From: a bacterium
Lineage (GTDB): Bacteria; Electryoneota; Electryoneia; Electryoneales; Electryoneaceae
Length of the DNA: 64,000 nucleotides
Direction: 5' to 3'
Assembly: GCA_019912845.1 (NCBI GenBank)
Contig: JAIOHU010000165.1
Coordinates: forward strand, 14,039-78,038
Shown here: in pieces, positions 1-9,386 of the stretch
Numbering within the stretch: position 1 is the first letter of the stretch
Layout of the letters: each line of letters opens with the position of its first letter
The notes under the pieces: generated by a model
Told to the model about the DNA's origin: nothing
Database searches by the model: none
What the model saw: the letters and a program-made list of their open reading frames with translations, nothing else
Position numbers and translations under genes: made by a program

Positions 1-249
1 CCTGCGGAACGAAGTGAAGCTGGGGGTTGGAAAAGCTCCACCTGAAAACTAAGCCCCAAAGGGGCTGAACAGAGTATTCTAGCCTGTATTCCACAAAAAC
101 GTTTAATTCAGGACGATACAAAACTCTTCGAGTTAGGAATATCTAACTTGTTTATTTTCATTGATTTACTACTCCTTTACCTTGACCAACTCAGTGATCT
201 CACCTTATATTGTGGACAAAGTGGTAGTTGATTGAAGATAAACTGGATC

Positions 250-352
250 TGGCCCTGGATTTATCCAGGGTCTAAGAACTCCGTTGCTAACAAACCGATA
301 GCAATTTTATATCCGGAATTATTAGACCTTGGACAAGTCCAAAGCCAGAAAA
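250..352 (+). repeat. R4 bipartite intergenic repeat (~100 nt, two hairpins)
   Basis: Sequence is TGGCCCTGGATTTATCCAGGGTCTAA ... GGAATTATTAGACCTTGGACAAGTCCAAAGCCAGAAAA, with palindromes CCTGGATTTATCCAGG and TTGGACAAGTCCAA. Full copies also occur at 4914-4990 (+), 20325-20437 (+) and 27901-27975 (-). Half copies occur at 20914-20952, 20993-21015 and 25099-25133. Confidence 0.85.
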
Positions 353-366
353 ACTGTGAGGGAAAA

Positions 367-633
367 ATGATCTGTGCTCATATGTTGGTGCCGCAGGAAG
401 GGATTGATGAATTTGTACCGATGGCGTTACGGGAAGTTCGTTGCCAGTTACGTTCCAGCAATCCGGAAAAGTATACCCGAATCCTCCGTAACATGGGCGA
501 GGCAGCCGATCCTGAGAATTGCGAATGCCCCCGTAACCATTTGGGTGATTGGGAAGAGTGCCCGTTACATCGTGCACGAGGGATGGAAACCTATTGGCAG
601 ACCGAAGAACCGATCATGCCGCAGATAATTTGA
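367..633 (+). CDS. Hypothetical small Cys/His-rich protein (88 aa)
   Basis: The ATG at 367 has GAGGGA just upstream. The longer TTG-started ORF (232) would read through repeat R4, which is non-coding at its other loci. No family recognised. It carries the pattern PENCECPRNHLGDWEECPLH. Confidence 0.35.
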   Translation: MICAHMLVPQEGIDEFVPMALREVRCQLRSSNPEKYTRILRNMGEAADPENCECPRNHLGDWEECPLHRARGMETYWQTEEPIMPQII

Positions 634-697
634 GTTTGCTTTCGAATCATAACGAAAGTAGGTGAAGCAATCTGAAGTTTGAGTTTAAAAACGATTA

Positions 698-724
698 GTC
701 AAGCACCACAGCGTGGTGCTTGAC
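698..724. repeat. R9 hairpin with a perfect 12-bp stem
   Basis: The stem is GTCAAGCACCAC - AGC - GTGGTGCTTGAC. The core CACCAC-AGC-GTGGTG recurs at 20863-20879 and 29468-29486 inside repeat mosaics. Confidence 0.7.
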
Positions 725-810
725 CAATTACATGCAATTAGTAAACTGCTGACTGGGGAGTCTCTCCCCATTTATTACACCAAATCATTAAGCTCTCCTC
801 AGCGAAGTCT

Positions 811-846
811 ATAATTTCATAATCTCATAATTCCATAATTTTTTCA
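811..846 (+). repeat. Phased 8-nt-period array of TAATNNCA / CATAAT units
   Basis: ATAATTTCATAATCTCATAATTCCATAATTTTTTCA ends 72 nt upstream of the ATG at 918. A second array sits at 59162-59192. Confidence 0.6.
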
Positions 847-917
847 TTCACTTTGATCATTCCCGTCACATGCTTAGTTTAGCGGTCAACCACAACTAAA
901 CTCTGGAACTTGAAAAT

Positions 918-3008
918 ATGTCTGATAGAACAATACCAACGTCTGAAGAAATCCGCAATAACGGCAACCATCTCAAAGACGAGCCCTCCCTGTACCTGCG
1001 TCAACATGCTCACAATCCCCTGAACTGGTATCCCTGGGGCGAAGAAGCGTTGTCACGTGCGAAAGAAGAAAACAAACCTATCTTCCTCTCGATTGGTTAT
1101 TCATCCTGTCACTGGTGCCACGTGATGGAGCATGAGGTGTTTGAGAAGGATGCGGTGGCGGAATATATGAACCAGCATTTTATCAGCATCAAGGTGGATC
1201 GTGAGGAACGTCCCGATCTGGATGCAATGTACATGAAGGCTGTACAGGCGATGACTGGCGGTGGTGGCTGGCCAATGACAGTATTTCTTACCCCAGATCA
1301 GGAGCCGGTTTTCGGCGGGACATATTTTCCAGAGGATCGTTTCATGCAGATCGCGCAGGCGTTATTACGTCTGTTTGCTGAAGACCCCAGCCGTCTCCAG
1401 GCACAAGCGGATCAGTTGCGAAATATCGTCTCAGCCCTGCCCGAATTGAACGTAGCACAGGGATACATCGATCAGGCTGGCATCGCAAAGCTGGTCGACC
1501 GTGCGATGTTGAACTTCGATGACCGTTGGGGTGGAATGAGCAGCCAAATGAAATTCCCGACACCGCTTCGCTGGCATTTTCTGCTGCACTATTATCGTAA
1601 AACCGGAAATGAACGTATCGCCAGAATGCTTCAACTCACCCTGGACAAAATGGCATCCGGCGGGATTCATGATCATATCGCCGGGGGATTTCACAGGTAT
1701 ACAGTCGAACAAACCTGGTTGATTCCACACTTCGAAAAAATGCTGTATGATAACGCCCAGCTCGCAAGTCTTTACATCGAAGCTGGGGTTGTCTTCGGAA
1801 ATGAACGATATAGCGAGGTTGGCTGCAATACACTGGAATTCCTGATATGGGAAATGCGTGAACCAGGTGGTGCCTTTTATGGCAGCTTCGATGCCGATTC
1901 GGACGGCGAAGAGGGAACCTACTACACCTGGTCACCCGATGAGTTTATCAAATTATTTGGTCAGCAAAAAGGCAATGCTTTAGCGATGTTGCTGGGGGTA
2001 ACCGACCATCCGAATTTCGAGGGAAAAAGTGTACTCACTCGTCGAGTTGACCCCGCAATGGTTGCAGAGGAACTTGATCTGGATATTGATGAGATCAAAT
2101 CGTTATTTGCCGATTCACGAGATACTTTACGTGACTTCCGAAACAAACGAGTTGCACCTACTCTGGATAAAAAGATCGTTACCTCCTGGAATGGGTTGAC
2201 CATAGCCACATTGGCACAGGCTGCGCTGGTGAAAGGAAATGACTCCTACAGTACCGCCGCGGAAGAAGCTGCGAATTATCTCTGGAATACGCATCGTAAA
2301 AATGATGGAAGCCTCTATCGTACCTCGACAGATGGCATTTGTCGTGGAGAAGGCAACCTGGATGATTATGTTTTCCTGGCGAATGGGATGCTGGAATTAT
2401 TCAGAACGACGCAGAATATCCAGTGGCTGGAACGTGCGAAGGAGTTGACGGACTATGTGATCGCTCATTTTGTTCATGAAGAGGGTGGCTATTTCAGTAC
2501 CAGCGACCTGGTCGATTCTCGCCTGGGACGGCAGTATGAGATAAATGACAGTGTCGAGCCTAGTGGAAACTCGATGATGGTTCAGGTTCTGATACGTCTG
2601 GCAGCACTCACAGGACAAAACCGGTATCACCAACTCGCCGAAAAATCGCTCACAGCAGTATCCCACATGCTCGAACGAGGTGGACTGGATCTGGCATGGT
2701 GGCTGGATGCTGCTTTCTATTTGAACGGTCCATTTTATGAAATGATAATTGTCAGTGATTCAATGGAATCTGCTCATGAGTTTCGTAAAGCATACGGTTC
2801 GCTACTTCCCGCTTATTCAGTGTTGACTATGGTCGATGATTCCGGTGCTGAATTGCTGAAACCAGCGGAAGGGAAGATGCGGATCGGAAAATTTGCAACT
2901 GCGTATGTCTGCCAACATGGATCATGCAAAATGCCGACCGAAGATGTTCAACAAATGCTCTCTCAGCTTCAAGAGGGGTGGGATTTCGGGCTTAAGAAGA
3001 CTCAGTGA
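918..3008 (+). CDS. Thioredoxin-domain protein of the DUF255 / YyaL type (N-terminal thioredoxin-like fold plus alpha-toroid domain)
   Basis: 696-aa ORF. The N-terminus [46 protein letters not shown]...[12 protein letters not shown] is the hallmark of this family. Confidence 0.9.
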   Translation: MSDRTIPTSEEIRNNGNHLKDEPSLYLRQHAHNPLNWYPWGEEALSRAKEENKPIFLSIGYSSCHWCHVMEHEVFEKDAVAEYMNQHFISIKVDREERPDLDAMYMKAVQAMTGGGGWPMTVFLTPDQEPVFGGTYFPEDRFMQIAQALLRLFAEDPSRLQAQADQLRNIVSALPELNVAQGYIDQAGIAKLVDRAMLNFDDRWGGMSSQMKFPTPLRWHFLLHYYRKTGNERIARMLQLTLDKMASGGIHDHIAGGFHRYTVEQTWLIPHFEKMLYDNAQLASLYIEAGVVFGNERYSEVGCNTLEFLIWEMREPGGAFYGSFDADSDGEEGTYYTWSPDEFIKLFGQQKGNALAMLLGVTDHPNFEGKSVLTRRVDPAMVAEELDLDIDEIKSLFADSRDTLRDFRNKRVAPTLDKKIVTSWNGLTIATLAQAALVKGNDSYSTAAEEAANYLWNTHRKNDGSLYRTSTDGICRGEGNLDDYVFLANGMLELFRTTQNIQWLERAKELTDYVIAHFVHEEGGYFSTSDLVDSRLGRQYEINDSVEPSGNSMMVQVLIRLAALTGQNRYHQLAEKSLTAVSHMLERGGLDLAWWLDAAFYLNGPFYEMIIVSDSMESAHEFRKAYGSLLPAYSVLTMVDDSGAELLKPAEGKMRIGKFATAYVCQHGSCKMPTEDVQQMLSQLQEGWDFGLKKTQ

Positions 3009-3039
3009 TTTTTTCAGCAACATCCATGGATATTTCAAA

Positions 3040-3065
3040 CGCAACATCTACGGATGTTGCGGAAC
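3040..3065 (+). repeat. R2 hairpin with UACG loop, between convergent genes
   Basis: CGCAACATC-TACG-GATGTTGCG-GAAC. Family copies are at 5037-5065, 18466-18493 and 20767-20794, with a partial copy at 1-30. It lies between the stops at 3008 (+) and 3097 (-), so it may act as a bidirectional terminator. Confidence 0.75.
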
Positions 3066-3096
3066 ATCAAGGTTTAATCGGACATTAAACGAAGCA

Positions 3097-4167
3097 TCAT
3101 TTTTCCTCCCGGTAGACAATATCATAGATCGCGTGTCCTTTTTTGTCTGGTGTGTACATAAAATAGGGTGGTGGACGGTCATCGAAACGGAAATCGTAAA
3201 TCCAATTGTTGTCATATCCGGTCCCACCACATTCATCAGTGTGAAAATAACCCCGTCTCTTCATTGCGAGTGACCCTCTGAGATGAAGTATGCCTCGCTC
3301 ATCAAGTGTTCTAGTGGGATGATAACACCAACGATAGCCATCACCGTAAAAATTTGGATGTTCGATGGTTATTGTTTCATTCAGAGCAAGCAGAGCCGCG
3401 GTAATTACTACATTCGCACTATCCTGGTTGCCTCGATATTGATTTCCATTTCCACGTCCATTCGCTTCGGTATCACCAATAAGAAGGTTTCTTTCACTGA
3501 TCAACCCGAGTTTATGAGGAAAATTTCGAGGGATCGTATCAAATCTTGCATCGTAATTTATTTCAAATCCTTCATAAGTGAGATCATTGATAATCTTCAT
3601 ATTGCCTGTGCTTCCGACGGTGACGGTACCAGCGACATGTTCACCATAGATATCAAGCTGACCTTCTACAAAAATCCCGATTTCATCTCCATAGGCGATT
3701 AAGCCATTCGCGAAAAATGGACCATCATCATCCAGATCATCTGGAGTGCCATTATCTGGGTATGGCACTCCAACCGACCATTGCCAGTATTCCCATCCTT
3801 CAGGCGAAGCATATAACCTTGTCTGCCAGGTATCCTCATTATTTGAAAGTTGATATTGCGCATTTGATCGAAGCAAATGTGCATGGGTTGGAAACTGAAT
3901 CTCCCTGACATTGAATTGTGGATTAATTGCAAACCATGGATTGTACCCTGGTAATTCTATGAATTCTTCCTGTGAAGTTGAGATTGGACCAAAGAACATC
4001 GGTCTTCCCAAAATGGAGAAGTAATGGTTTGAATGTACCCTACCCCAAAATGTATCGACCTGAGTGAAGTAGATGGTTTCATTCCGGTGTGTAAGTTCGT
4101 TTTCGGTGAGATACATGTAGTTTGCGAAATTACGCATTTTCACCCGATATCGTACCGTACGAGTCAC
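3097..4167 (-). CDS. Hypothetical protein, partner of the upstream PilX-N-like gene
   Basis: 356-aa ORF with a GTG start at 4167 (alternative ATG at 4137). It lies 32 nt downstream of 4200..4637 on the same strand. No family recognised with confidence. C-terminal motif is RGSLAMKRRGYF...GYDNNWIYDFRFDDRPPPYF. Confidence 0.6.
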   Translation of the reverse strand: MTRTVRYRVKMRNFANYMYLTENELTHRNETIYFTQVDTFWGRVHSNHYFSILGRPMFFGPISTSQEEFIELPGYNPWFAINPQFNVREIQFPTHAHLLRSNAQYQLSNNEDTWQTRLYASPEGWEYWQWSVGVPYPDNGTPDDLDDDGPFFANGLIAYGDEIGIFVEGQLDIYGEHVAGTVTVGSTGNMKIINDLTYEGFEINYDARFDTIPRNFPHKLGLISERNLLIGDTEANGRGNGNQYRGNQDSANVVITAALLALNETITIEHPNFYGDGYRWCYHPTRTLDERGILHLRGSLAMKRRGYFHTDECGGTGYDNNWIYDFRFDDRPPPYFMYTPDKKGHAIYDIVYREEK

Positions 4168-4199
4168 CTCTATATCGCTCTGTCTGTTTCCCTTGATTT

Positions 4200-4637
4200 T
4201 TAAGACTCCAAATCGTAGTAGCTAATATCATTGAACGATTGTTGATCAACTCGATCAGAGACCTTGTAGCCAACTACATCGGAATAGTTTCCGATAGCAG
4301 ATCCCTTGAAAAAGTAAGTACCCGATTGACCATGGATGACTGCGTTGGACGCACTTTCAATATCATTTTTCCCAAGCTCTGGTAACAATTCTTTGAATAT
4401 TCCAACATCTGCAACATGGTATGCCTGAGCTTCAGCGAGTTTATAACGTGTCCGGAATGCATCATCCGCCGCCCACTGCATCATCATGAAGCCAATCGCG
4501 ATCATAAAAATGATAATGAAAATTGTGTTGATGAGGATTGATCCAGCACGTTTTGCGTTGATCAGGTCACCGATTTTTTTCTCACGAGGAATTATTTCCC
4601 TCGAACCAGTGATATCTATATTGTCTGTTGAGTACAT
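4200..4637 (-). CDS. PilX-N-terminal-like (pseudopilin-like) membrane-anchored protein
   Basis: The ATG at 4637 has GGAGGTG 7 nt upstream. The longer ORF to 4676 has no such site. There is a single N-terminal hydrophobic helix, RAGSILINTIFIIIFMIAIGFMMM, followed by YKLAEAQAYHVAD. Confidence 0.55.
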   Translation of the reverse strand: MYSTDNIDITGSREIIPREKKIGDLINAKRAGSILINTIFIIIFMIAIGFMMMQWAADDAFRTRYKLAEAQAYHVADVGIFKELLPELGKNDIESASNAVIHGQSGTYFFKGSAIGNYSDVVGYKVSDRVDQQSFNDISYYDLES

Positions 4638-4913
4638 ACGGCACCACCTCCGGCAAGTGGAAAAGACAACCTGCATTAATTTGCAGAACTGATAAAATAT
4701 GGTGGCGTTATTTTGGGACGTTTTGAGAGAGTAATGCTGAGAATCAGATTACGTACGCCGGGGATGCGTATGTCCTAACTTAGCTTACATTTGTATTGGA
4801 TGCAAGTGGAAACATGAGATACAAAGATTGTTTCGCACTCGAGCGGAGCCAGATAGTGGAGTCTTCGGGGAAGGTGATTTTGACTAGTGTATCGTTTCAT
4901 CTGGGATGATTGA

Positions 4914-4990
4914 TTGGCCATGGATTTATCCAGGGTCTAATATATCCACTACTAGAGTTATTAAACATTGGACAAGTCCAATGCCAAAAG
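4914..4990 (+). repeat. R4 bipartite repeat copy
   Basis: TTGGCCATGGATTTATCCAGGGTCTAATA ... TTAAACATTGGACAAGTCCAATGCCAAAAG. Confidence 0.85.
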
Positions 4991-5036
4991 TTAAAGAGTG
5001 TCGGTCGATCCACCTGCAACTACTGCAAAATTGCTC

Positions 5037-5065
5037 GTTCCGCACATCGTCGGATGTTGCGGAAC
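5037..5065 (+). repeat. R2 hairpin copy (bulged stem, GTCG loop)
   Basis: GTTCCGCACATC-GTCG-GATGTTGCGGAAC. Confidence 0.7.
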
Positions 5066-5095
5066 TTTGAAATGTATTCAGGCAGCTCTGGCTTA

Positions 5096-7213
5096 TCATT
5101 CTTTTCTCAACCTATACTTCTTGATACGTTGATGAACATACTGACGTGTATATCCCAGCCTTCTTGCGGTTTCAGAAATATTCCAGTTACTCAGCTCTAA
5201 AGTTTCAAGTAATAAATCAACAGTCAAGGTCTTCGTTTTTTCAGGTTTTGTAATTTGAGGTTTTGCAGAAGAATCTGAAGGTAGACTTTCGCTGCCTGGT
5301 GTTCCCGGCAGTTGAAGATGAACCGGTAGAATGACATCGTCCTGGCAGAGGATGAAGGCACGTTCCACAATATTTCTCAGCTCACGTATATTCCCTGGAA
5401 ATTGCCAACGTTGCAGCATATTAACCGCTTCAGGAGAAAACCGTTTCACCTGCCGTCCAATTTCACCATTAAAATGCTTTCTGAACTCCTCAAGCAATAA
5501 TGGAAGGTCATCCATCCGTTCACGAAGTGGTGGCAAATTGATCGCCATGACATTCAAACGATAATAGAGGTCTTTTCTGAATGTGCCATCCTCTACCTTC
5601 TCTTCAAGATGCTGATTGGTGGCAGTAACAATACGAACATCAACAGTACGTGTCTTTGAATCGCCAACACGTTCAAATTTCCCTTCTTCAAGAACACGTA
5701 ACAATGCCGCTTGCATGATTGGCGATATGTCACCGATTTCATCGAGGAAAATTGTCCCTCCACTTGCCGCCTCAAACCTGCCAACACGGTCTGTAACTGC
5801 TCCGGTGTACGCCCCACGTACATGCCCGAAGAGCTCACTCTGCAGTACACTATCAGAAAGTGCTGCACAATTTACGGCTACAAATGGCTTCTCACGGCGA
5901 TCAGATAATTGGTGGAGCAGATTGGCAATCATACCTTTTCCAGTGCCACTTTCTCCTAAAACCAAAACAGTTGATTTTGTTGGTGCAAGTTGCTGGATGA
6001 ACTTGAATATCTCCTGCATCGGCTTACTCGCTCCGATCAATTTCCCCAGAGACCTTCGTTCATCTACCTCCTGCTGTAATGTATAGAGCCTGGTGACATC
6101 TCGAAACACCAGCAAAGCTTTTCGTACTCCGCTACCCCCTTCACGCATGGGAATCATACTGACCATCAGCACCTTATGGAGTCCAGACGGTAATGTCAGC
6201 TCGATCTGATAATCACGTATGCTCCAACCTTTCAACAATGTTTTTTCCAGTGATTTTTCCAGATAACTCAGTTCGCCATCAGCTAAATCTGAAAGAGTAT
6301 GTGCGTCAGTATTTGAATCACCCATTTCCAAAATTTTACGAGCTGCATCGTTTGCCATTTCCAGTTTGTACTCACTTGAAAAGGTCAACAATCCATCATT
6401 AACACTTTGAAATACTGCATTCAACTGAGTGCGATGTTTTTGAGTCTCCAACTCTGCGATTTTACGATTATCAATACTGTAATGGGATATTACAGCACCC
6501 CCCTCAACTCGCTGCAGCCGTGATACATACATCTCAAACCAGGCAGCACCGAGTGGTAAATCGAAACTGTACTCCATTCTGAATACTGGTAATTTACCGT
6601 TTAATACGTCCTGAATTCCCTCGTATGCCTGTTCAGCATATTTATCGTTCTGTGCGGCTGCATGTGTAATCTCAAGGTAGTTCACCTCTGCACCACGTAC
6701 GGTTTTCAAAGATGCGCCATTGTCGCCTGCAAATTTTTTCCACGCATCGTTAACCGCAAGGATTCTACCTTTCACGTCGATAACTGCGATTACAGCGATC
6801 AGGGAATTCATCACCGCGAGGGAAAATGCCTCATTTTCTGAAACACCATCAGAAGTTCTCCCCAGGTAATACATATCCCTGACAAATACATATACATGGT
6901 TTTCAACTGGTTCCAGGAACAAACGCAAACGTTTTGCTTCCAAGCCCTGTGCGGTATGTTCAACATGAGAGAGATTTTGGTTCTCACCGGTAGAGATGCA
7001 TTCTGAAATGAGTGGAATTAGCTGTTTACCGATGCTGGTTTGGTGAAATTGTTCAGGAGGATTCTTATCAAGGTTTAGCAGTTCTTCGCTTCTGCTATTG
7101 TAAAATAGGATATTTGCATCTCGATCCAGGACAATAAATCCTTCCTGTAAATGATCCAGCGATTTCCCAATATCACTTAATTTTAATTCTCTGTTTTTCC
7201 ATTCAGAATACAT
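5096..7213 (-). CDS. Sigma-54-dependent transcriptional activator with N-terminal PAS-type sensor region and no receiver domain
   Basis: 705 aa. AAA+ sigma-54 interaction domain with Walker A GESGTGKG and the ELFGHVRGAYTGA loop. C-terminal Fis-type HTH is ISETARRLGYTRQYVHQRIKKY. Confidence 0.9.
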   Translation of the reverse strand: MYSEWKNRELKLSDIGKSLDHLQEGFIVLDRDANILFYNSRSEELLNLDKNPPEQFHQTSIGKQLIPLISECISTGENQNLSHVEHTAQGLEAKRLRLFLEPVENHVYVFVRDMYYLGRTSDGVSENEAFSLAVMNSLIAVIAVIDVKGRILAVNDAWKKFAGDNGASLKTVRGAEVNYLEITHAAAQNDKYAEQAYEGIQDVLNGKLPVFRMEYSFDLPLGAAWFEMYVSRLQRVEGGAVISHYSIDNRKIAELETQKHRTQLNAVFQSVNDGLLTFSSEYKLEMANDAARKILEMGDSNTDAHTLSDLADGELSYLEKSLEKTLLKGWSIRDYQIELTLPSGLHKVLMVSMIPMREGGSGVRKALLVFRDVTRLYTLQQEVDERRSLGKLIGASKPMQEIFKFIQQLAPTKSTVLVLGESGTGKGMIANLLHQLSDRREKPFVAVNCAALSDSVLQSELFGHVRGAYTGAVTDRVGRFEAASGGTIFLDEIGDISPIMQAALLRVLEEGKFERVGDSKTRTVDVRIVTATNQHLEEKVEDGTFRKDLYYRLNVMAINLPPLRERMDDLPLLLEEFRKHFNGEIGRQVKRFSPEAVNMLQRWQFPGNIRELRNIVERAFILCQDDVILPVHLQLPGTPGSESLPSDSSAKPQITKPEKTKTLTVDLLLETLELSNWNISETARRLGYTRQYVHQRIKKYRLRKE

Positions 7214-7305
7214 TCTCTACCCCTGCAAGGTTGTCTACTTCACCTGCTTTGACCGTTGGCTCTGGGCTGATCCAAAGTTTACCACTCCCTGCCGCCGAAT
7301 TATTC

Positions 7306-7399
7306 AATACCTTCCTGGGTTCCAGCAATTGCGTTTCTTGAAAGTTTTGTCCAATCGCGTCATGCCAGCGTGGTGTTAGCTGGCATCCAGGAAGGTATT
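7306..7399. repeat. Head-to-head pair of R1 elements (one decayed) closed by a perfect 13-bp inverted repeat
   Basis: AATACCTTCCTGG (7306-7318) pairs with CCAGGAAGGTATT (7387-7399). The intact R1, GCGTCATGCCAGCGTGGTGTTAGCTGGCATCCAGGAAGG, is at 7357-7395. Confidence 0.75.
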
Positions 7400-7646
7400 A
7401 ATACTACTGATTTCAGGACTAGTTGGAAGACGGCAATCCGAACAACACAAACATTTAACTGTTTAGCATGAGACAAAAATTCCAAGAATCAGTATAAAAC
7501 CACGCTGGAATGACACAAGAACTGCCACTTCATTTCTACCCAATTTGAATCTATACTGTAAACTGTAAGGTGTCAATGCTTTTCTAGTTTACACACGGAT
7601 TGGAGAGAGAAAATCGTAATCTGGGTAAAACTGGCTCAGATCTAGA

Positions 7647-8768
7647 TCAGAGCATTTCAACAAAAAAGATCAACCTGATGCTATGAAGGTCGTAAGTATA
7701 GAAAGCATCGTTTGAGTCGTTGATTTCATACCTGTAAACTCCCTGAAACCCGGTCAGGAGGGGTAAGGATTTTGTGCGAAAATTACGTTGCAGACCGAAA
7801 CTGATCGAAGAGTTTGTATCATATCTTTGGGGTAAGGAGATAAACGTCGCCGTGACAGTCTCAACATACTTTGACTGTCGATAGCCGAGGTACACATCTG
7901 CCCTCCAGTTTCCCAGCAACCTTGAAACTGAAGCGATACCACGCCATCCACTCCATAACAGAACACCTGGATCGATCCCCCCCACATAGAGAGAACGTAA
8001 AGAAACTTGATTCTCGTCCGCTTGCTGCTTTAGAATTAATTTGAGACTGCTACCCGTGCGTGGTGAAAGCGGGGCGGATAGGCGGAAACTGAGGTAGGCA
8101 AAACCAGTTTGTGGTGATTCATCGCCAAGATATAAACGATTCTGAAAGCCAAGTTCTGAATCGAAGGAAAATGGAAGCGGACCAATGCTCTCGTGCAGTA
8201 CAAAGGGCAGGATTAATGTTGTATTTATACCGATATAATTCGAGAATTCTCGATAATCGATCTGCAATGTGTCGCTCGCATCGGGGTAGGTAGAGTTGAT
8301 AAAATCTGATCCCAGCCGGAAAATCGTCACATCGCCGGGCTCCCAGCGAATTCCTGCGTCCGCTCGTTGGTTGAAACGGTTGTATATCGTGTATTCGTTG
8401 TGATACCCGAGTAATGAGGTGCTACCGGTAACCCAGCCATAAAACGTCTTTGCCAGAGAATAGTTCATTTCCAAGCCAGCACTATGGCTCATAGAACTGT
8501 ACGCAGTATTGTCGAGATATTGGCTGGCTGTACCTTCATAGTAGAGGTAGGCAAAACTTCCTAATGGCTGCTCAACTGTGGCAAACAAACTTGCATAACT
8601 ATCATTTGCTTCCGTGCTGTCAAAATATAGGTTGGTTAGATATCCAGAGTTGAGGGATATCCTGAACCAGGGAGGGTCTAATGCAAACGTGTTAACCGGC
8701 TGGTGGAGGATGAGAATGGAATACAAAAATATTTGGAAAAGGAAGCGTTTCGGTAACCATTCCATCAT
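7647..8768 (-). CDS. Putative outer-membrane beta-barrel protein (hypothetical)
   Basis: 373 aa. It has an N-terminal signal-like segment (FLFQIFLYSILILHQPVNTFA) and a long run of alternating hydrophobic / Tyr-Gly-rich strands. Its start overlaps the upstream stop (ATGA at 8765-8768). No family recognised. Confidence 0.6.
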   Translation of the reverse strand: MMEWLPKRFLFQIFLYSILILHQPVNTFALDPPWFRISLNSGYLTNLYFDSTEANDSYASLFATVEQPLGSFAYLYYEGTASQYLDNTAYSSMSHSAGLEMNYSLAKTFYGWVTGSTSLLGYHNEYTIYNRFNQRADAGIRWEPGDVTIFRLGSDFINSTYPDASDTLQIDYREFSNYIGINTTLILPFVLHESIGPLPFSFDSELGFQNRLYLGDESPQTGFAYLSFRLSAPLSPRTGSSLKLILKQQADENQVSLRSLYVGGIDPGVLLWSGWRGIASVSRLLGNWRADVYLGYRQSKYVETVTATFISLPQRYDTNSSISFGLQRNFRTKSLPLLTGFQGVYRYEINDSNDAFYTYDLHSIRLIFFVEML

Positions 8769-9313
8769 CCTCCGCCACCCCCACGTCCTCGACCACCTCC
8801 ACCATCACCTTGACCACCACCTCTACCACCACGATCGTCTCTCCCTCGTTCATTTCCACCTGGTCGTCTTAAACGACCATCTCGTTCATCACGCAGTCCA
8901 GGGTGGCGAGGATCCAGCCCATTGCGACGATCCCATCGAGGGTCTTCGCCACGACGTACTGCCTCCATGTGGCGACGCCATCTCTGCCAGGCTTCACGCC
9001 AATTCACCGGGTGATTGGAATTCTCCCACCAACTGCGAAATTGGACAGAATCCTGCTTGATACTATCCGGGATGGAACGGAATAATGCCAAACGCCATGG
9101 TCGGTCATTATTTCGAAAATCAGGATCGAGATCGTCGGGGATGCCATCACGATCCCGATCTGGTACCAAATCATTGAACCCATCGCCGTCAACATCAAGG
9201 AAACGCACAACCGGTTCCGGTTGAGGTTGCTTGCTCTCACGTTCCTGAGCCAATATGACTACGGGAAACAGGAGAAACAGCAGAATAAGAAGATGTCGAA
9301 TGTTGGATATCAT
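8765..9313 (-). CDS. Secreted hypothetical protein with Asp-rich Ca-binding-like repeats, a Trp/Arg-rich core and an Arg/Gly C-terminal tail
   Basis: 182 aa. Signal peptide is MISNIRHLLILLFLLFPVVILAQ. It also contains DVDGDGFNDLVPDRDRDGIPDDLDPD and the tail RGRDDRGGRGGGQGDGGGGRGRGGGGG. Confidence 0.65.
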   Translation of the reverse strand: MISNIRHLLILLFLLFPVVILAQERESKQPQPEPVVRFLDVDGDGFNDLVPDRDRDGIPDDLDPDFRNNDRPWRLALFRSIPDSIKQDSVQFRSWWENSNHPVNWREAWQRWRRHMEAVRRGEDPRWDRRNGLDPRHPGLRDERDGRLRRPGGNERGRDDRGGRGGGQGDGGGGRGRGGGGG

Positions 9314-9386
9314 GATTCGGTTGTTATTTAATCCAATTGACCCAGACTATCCAGGGTTTACATTATCCAATAACTGATTTATCTTT

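Noticed and set aside
8614-9060. His-rich + strand ORF (HPHVLDHLHHHLDHHLYHH) that could suggest a metal-binding protein.
   Set aside because: It is the antisense reading of the Arg/Gly-rich tail and of the start of the beta-barrel gene. The minus-strand frames have a signal peptide, an ATGA coupling and a sigma-54 promoter match.
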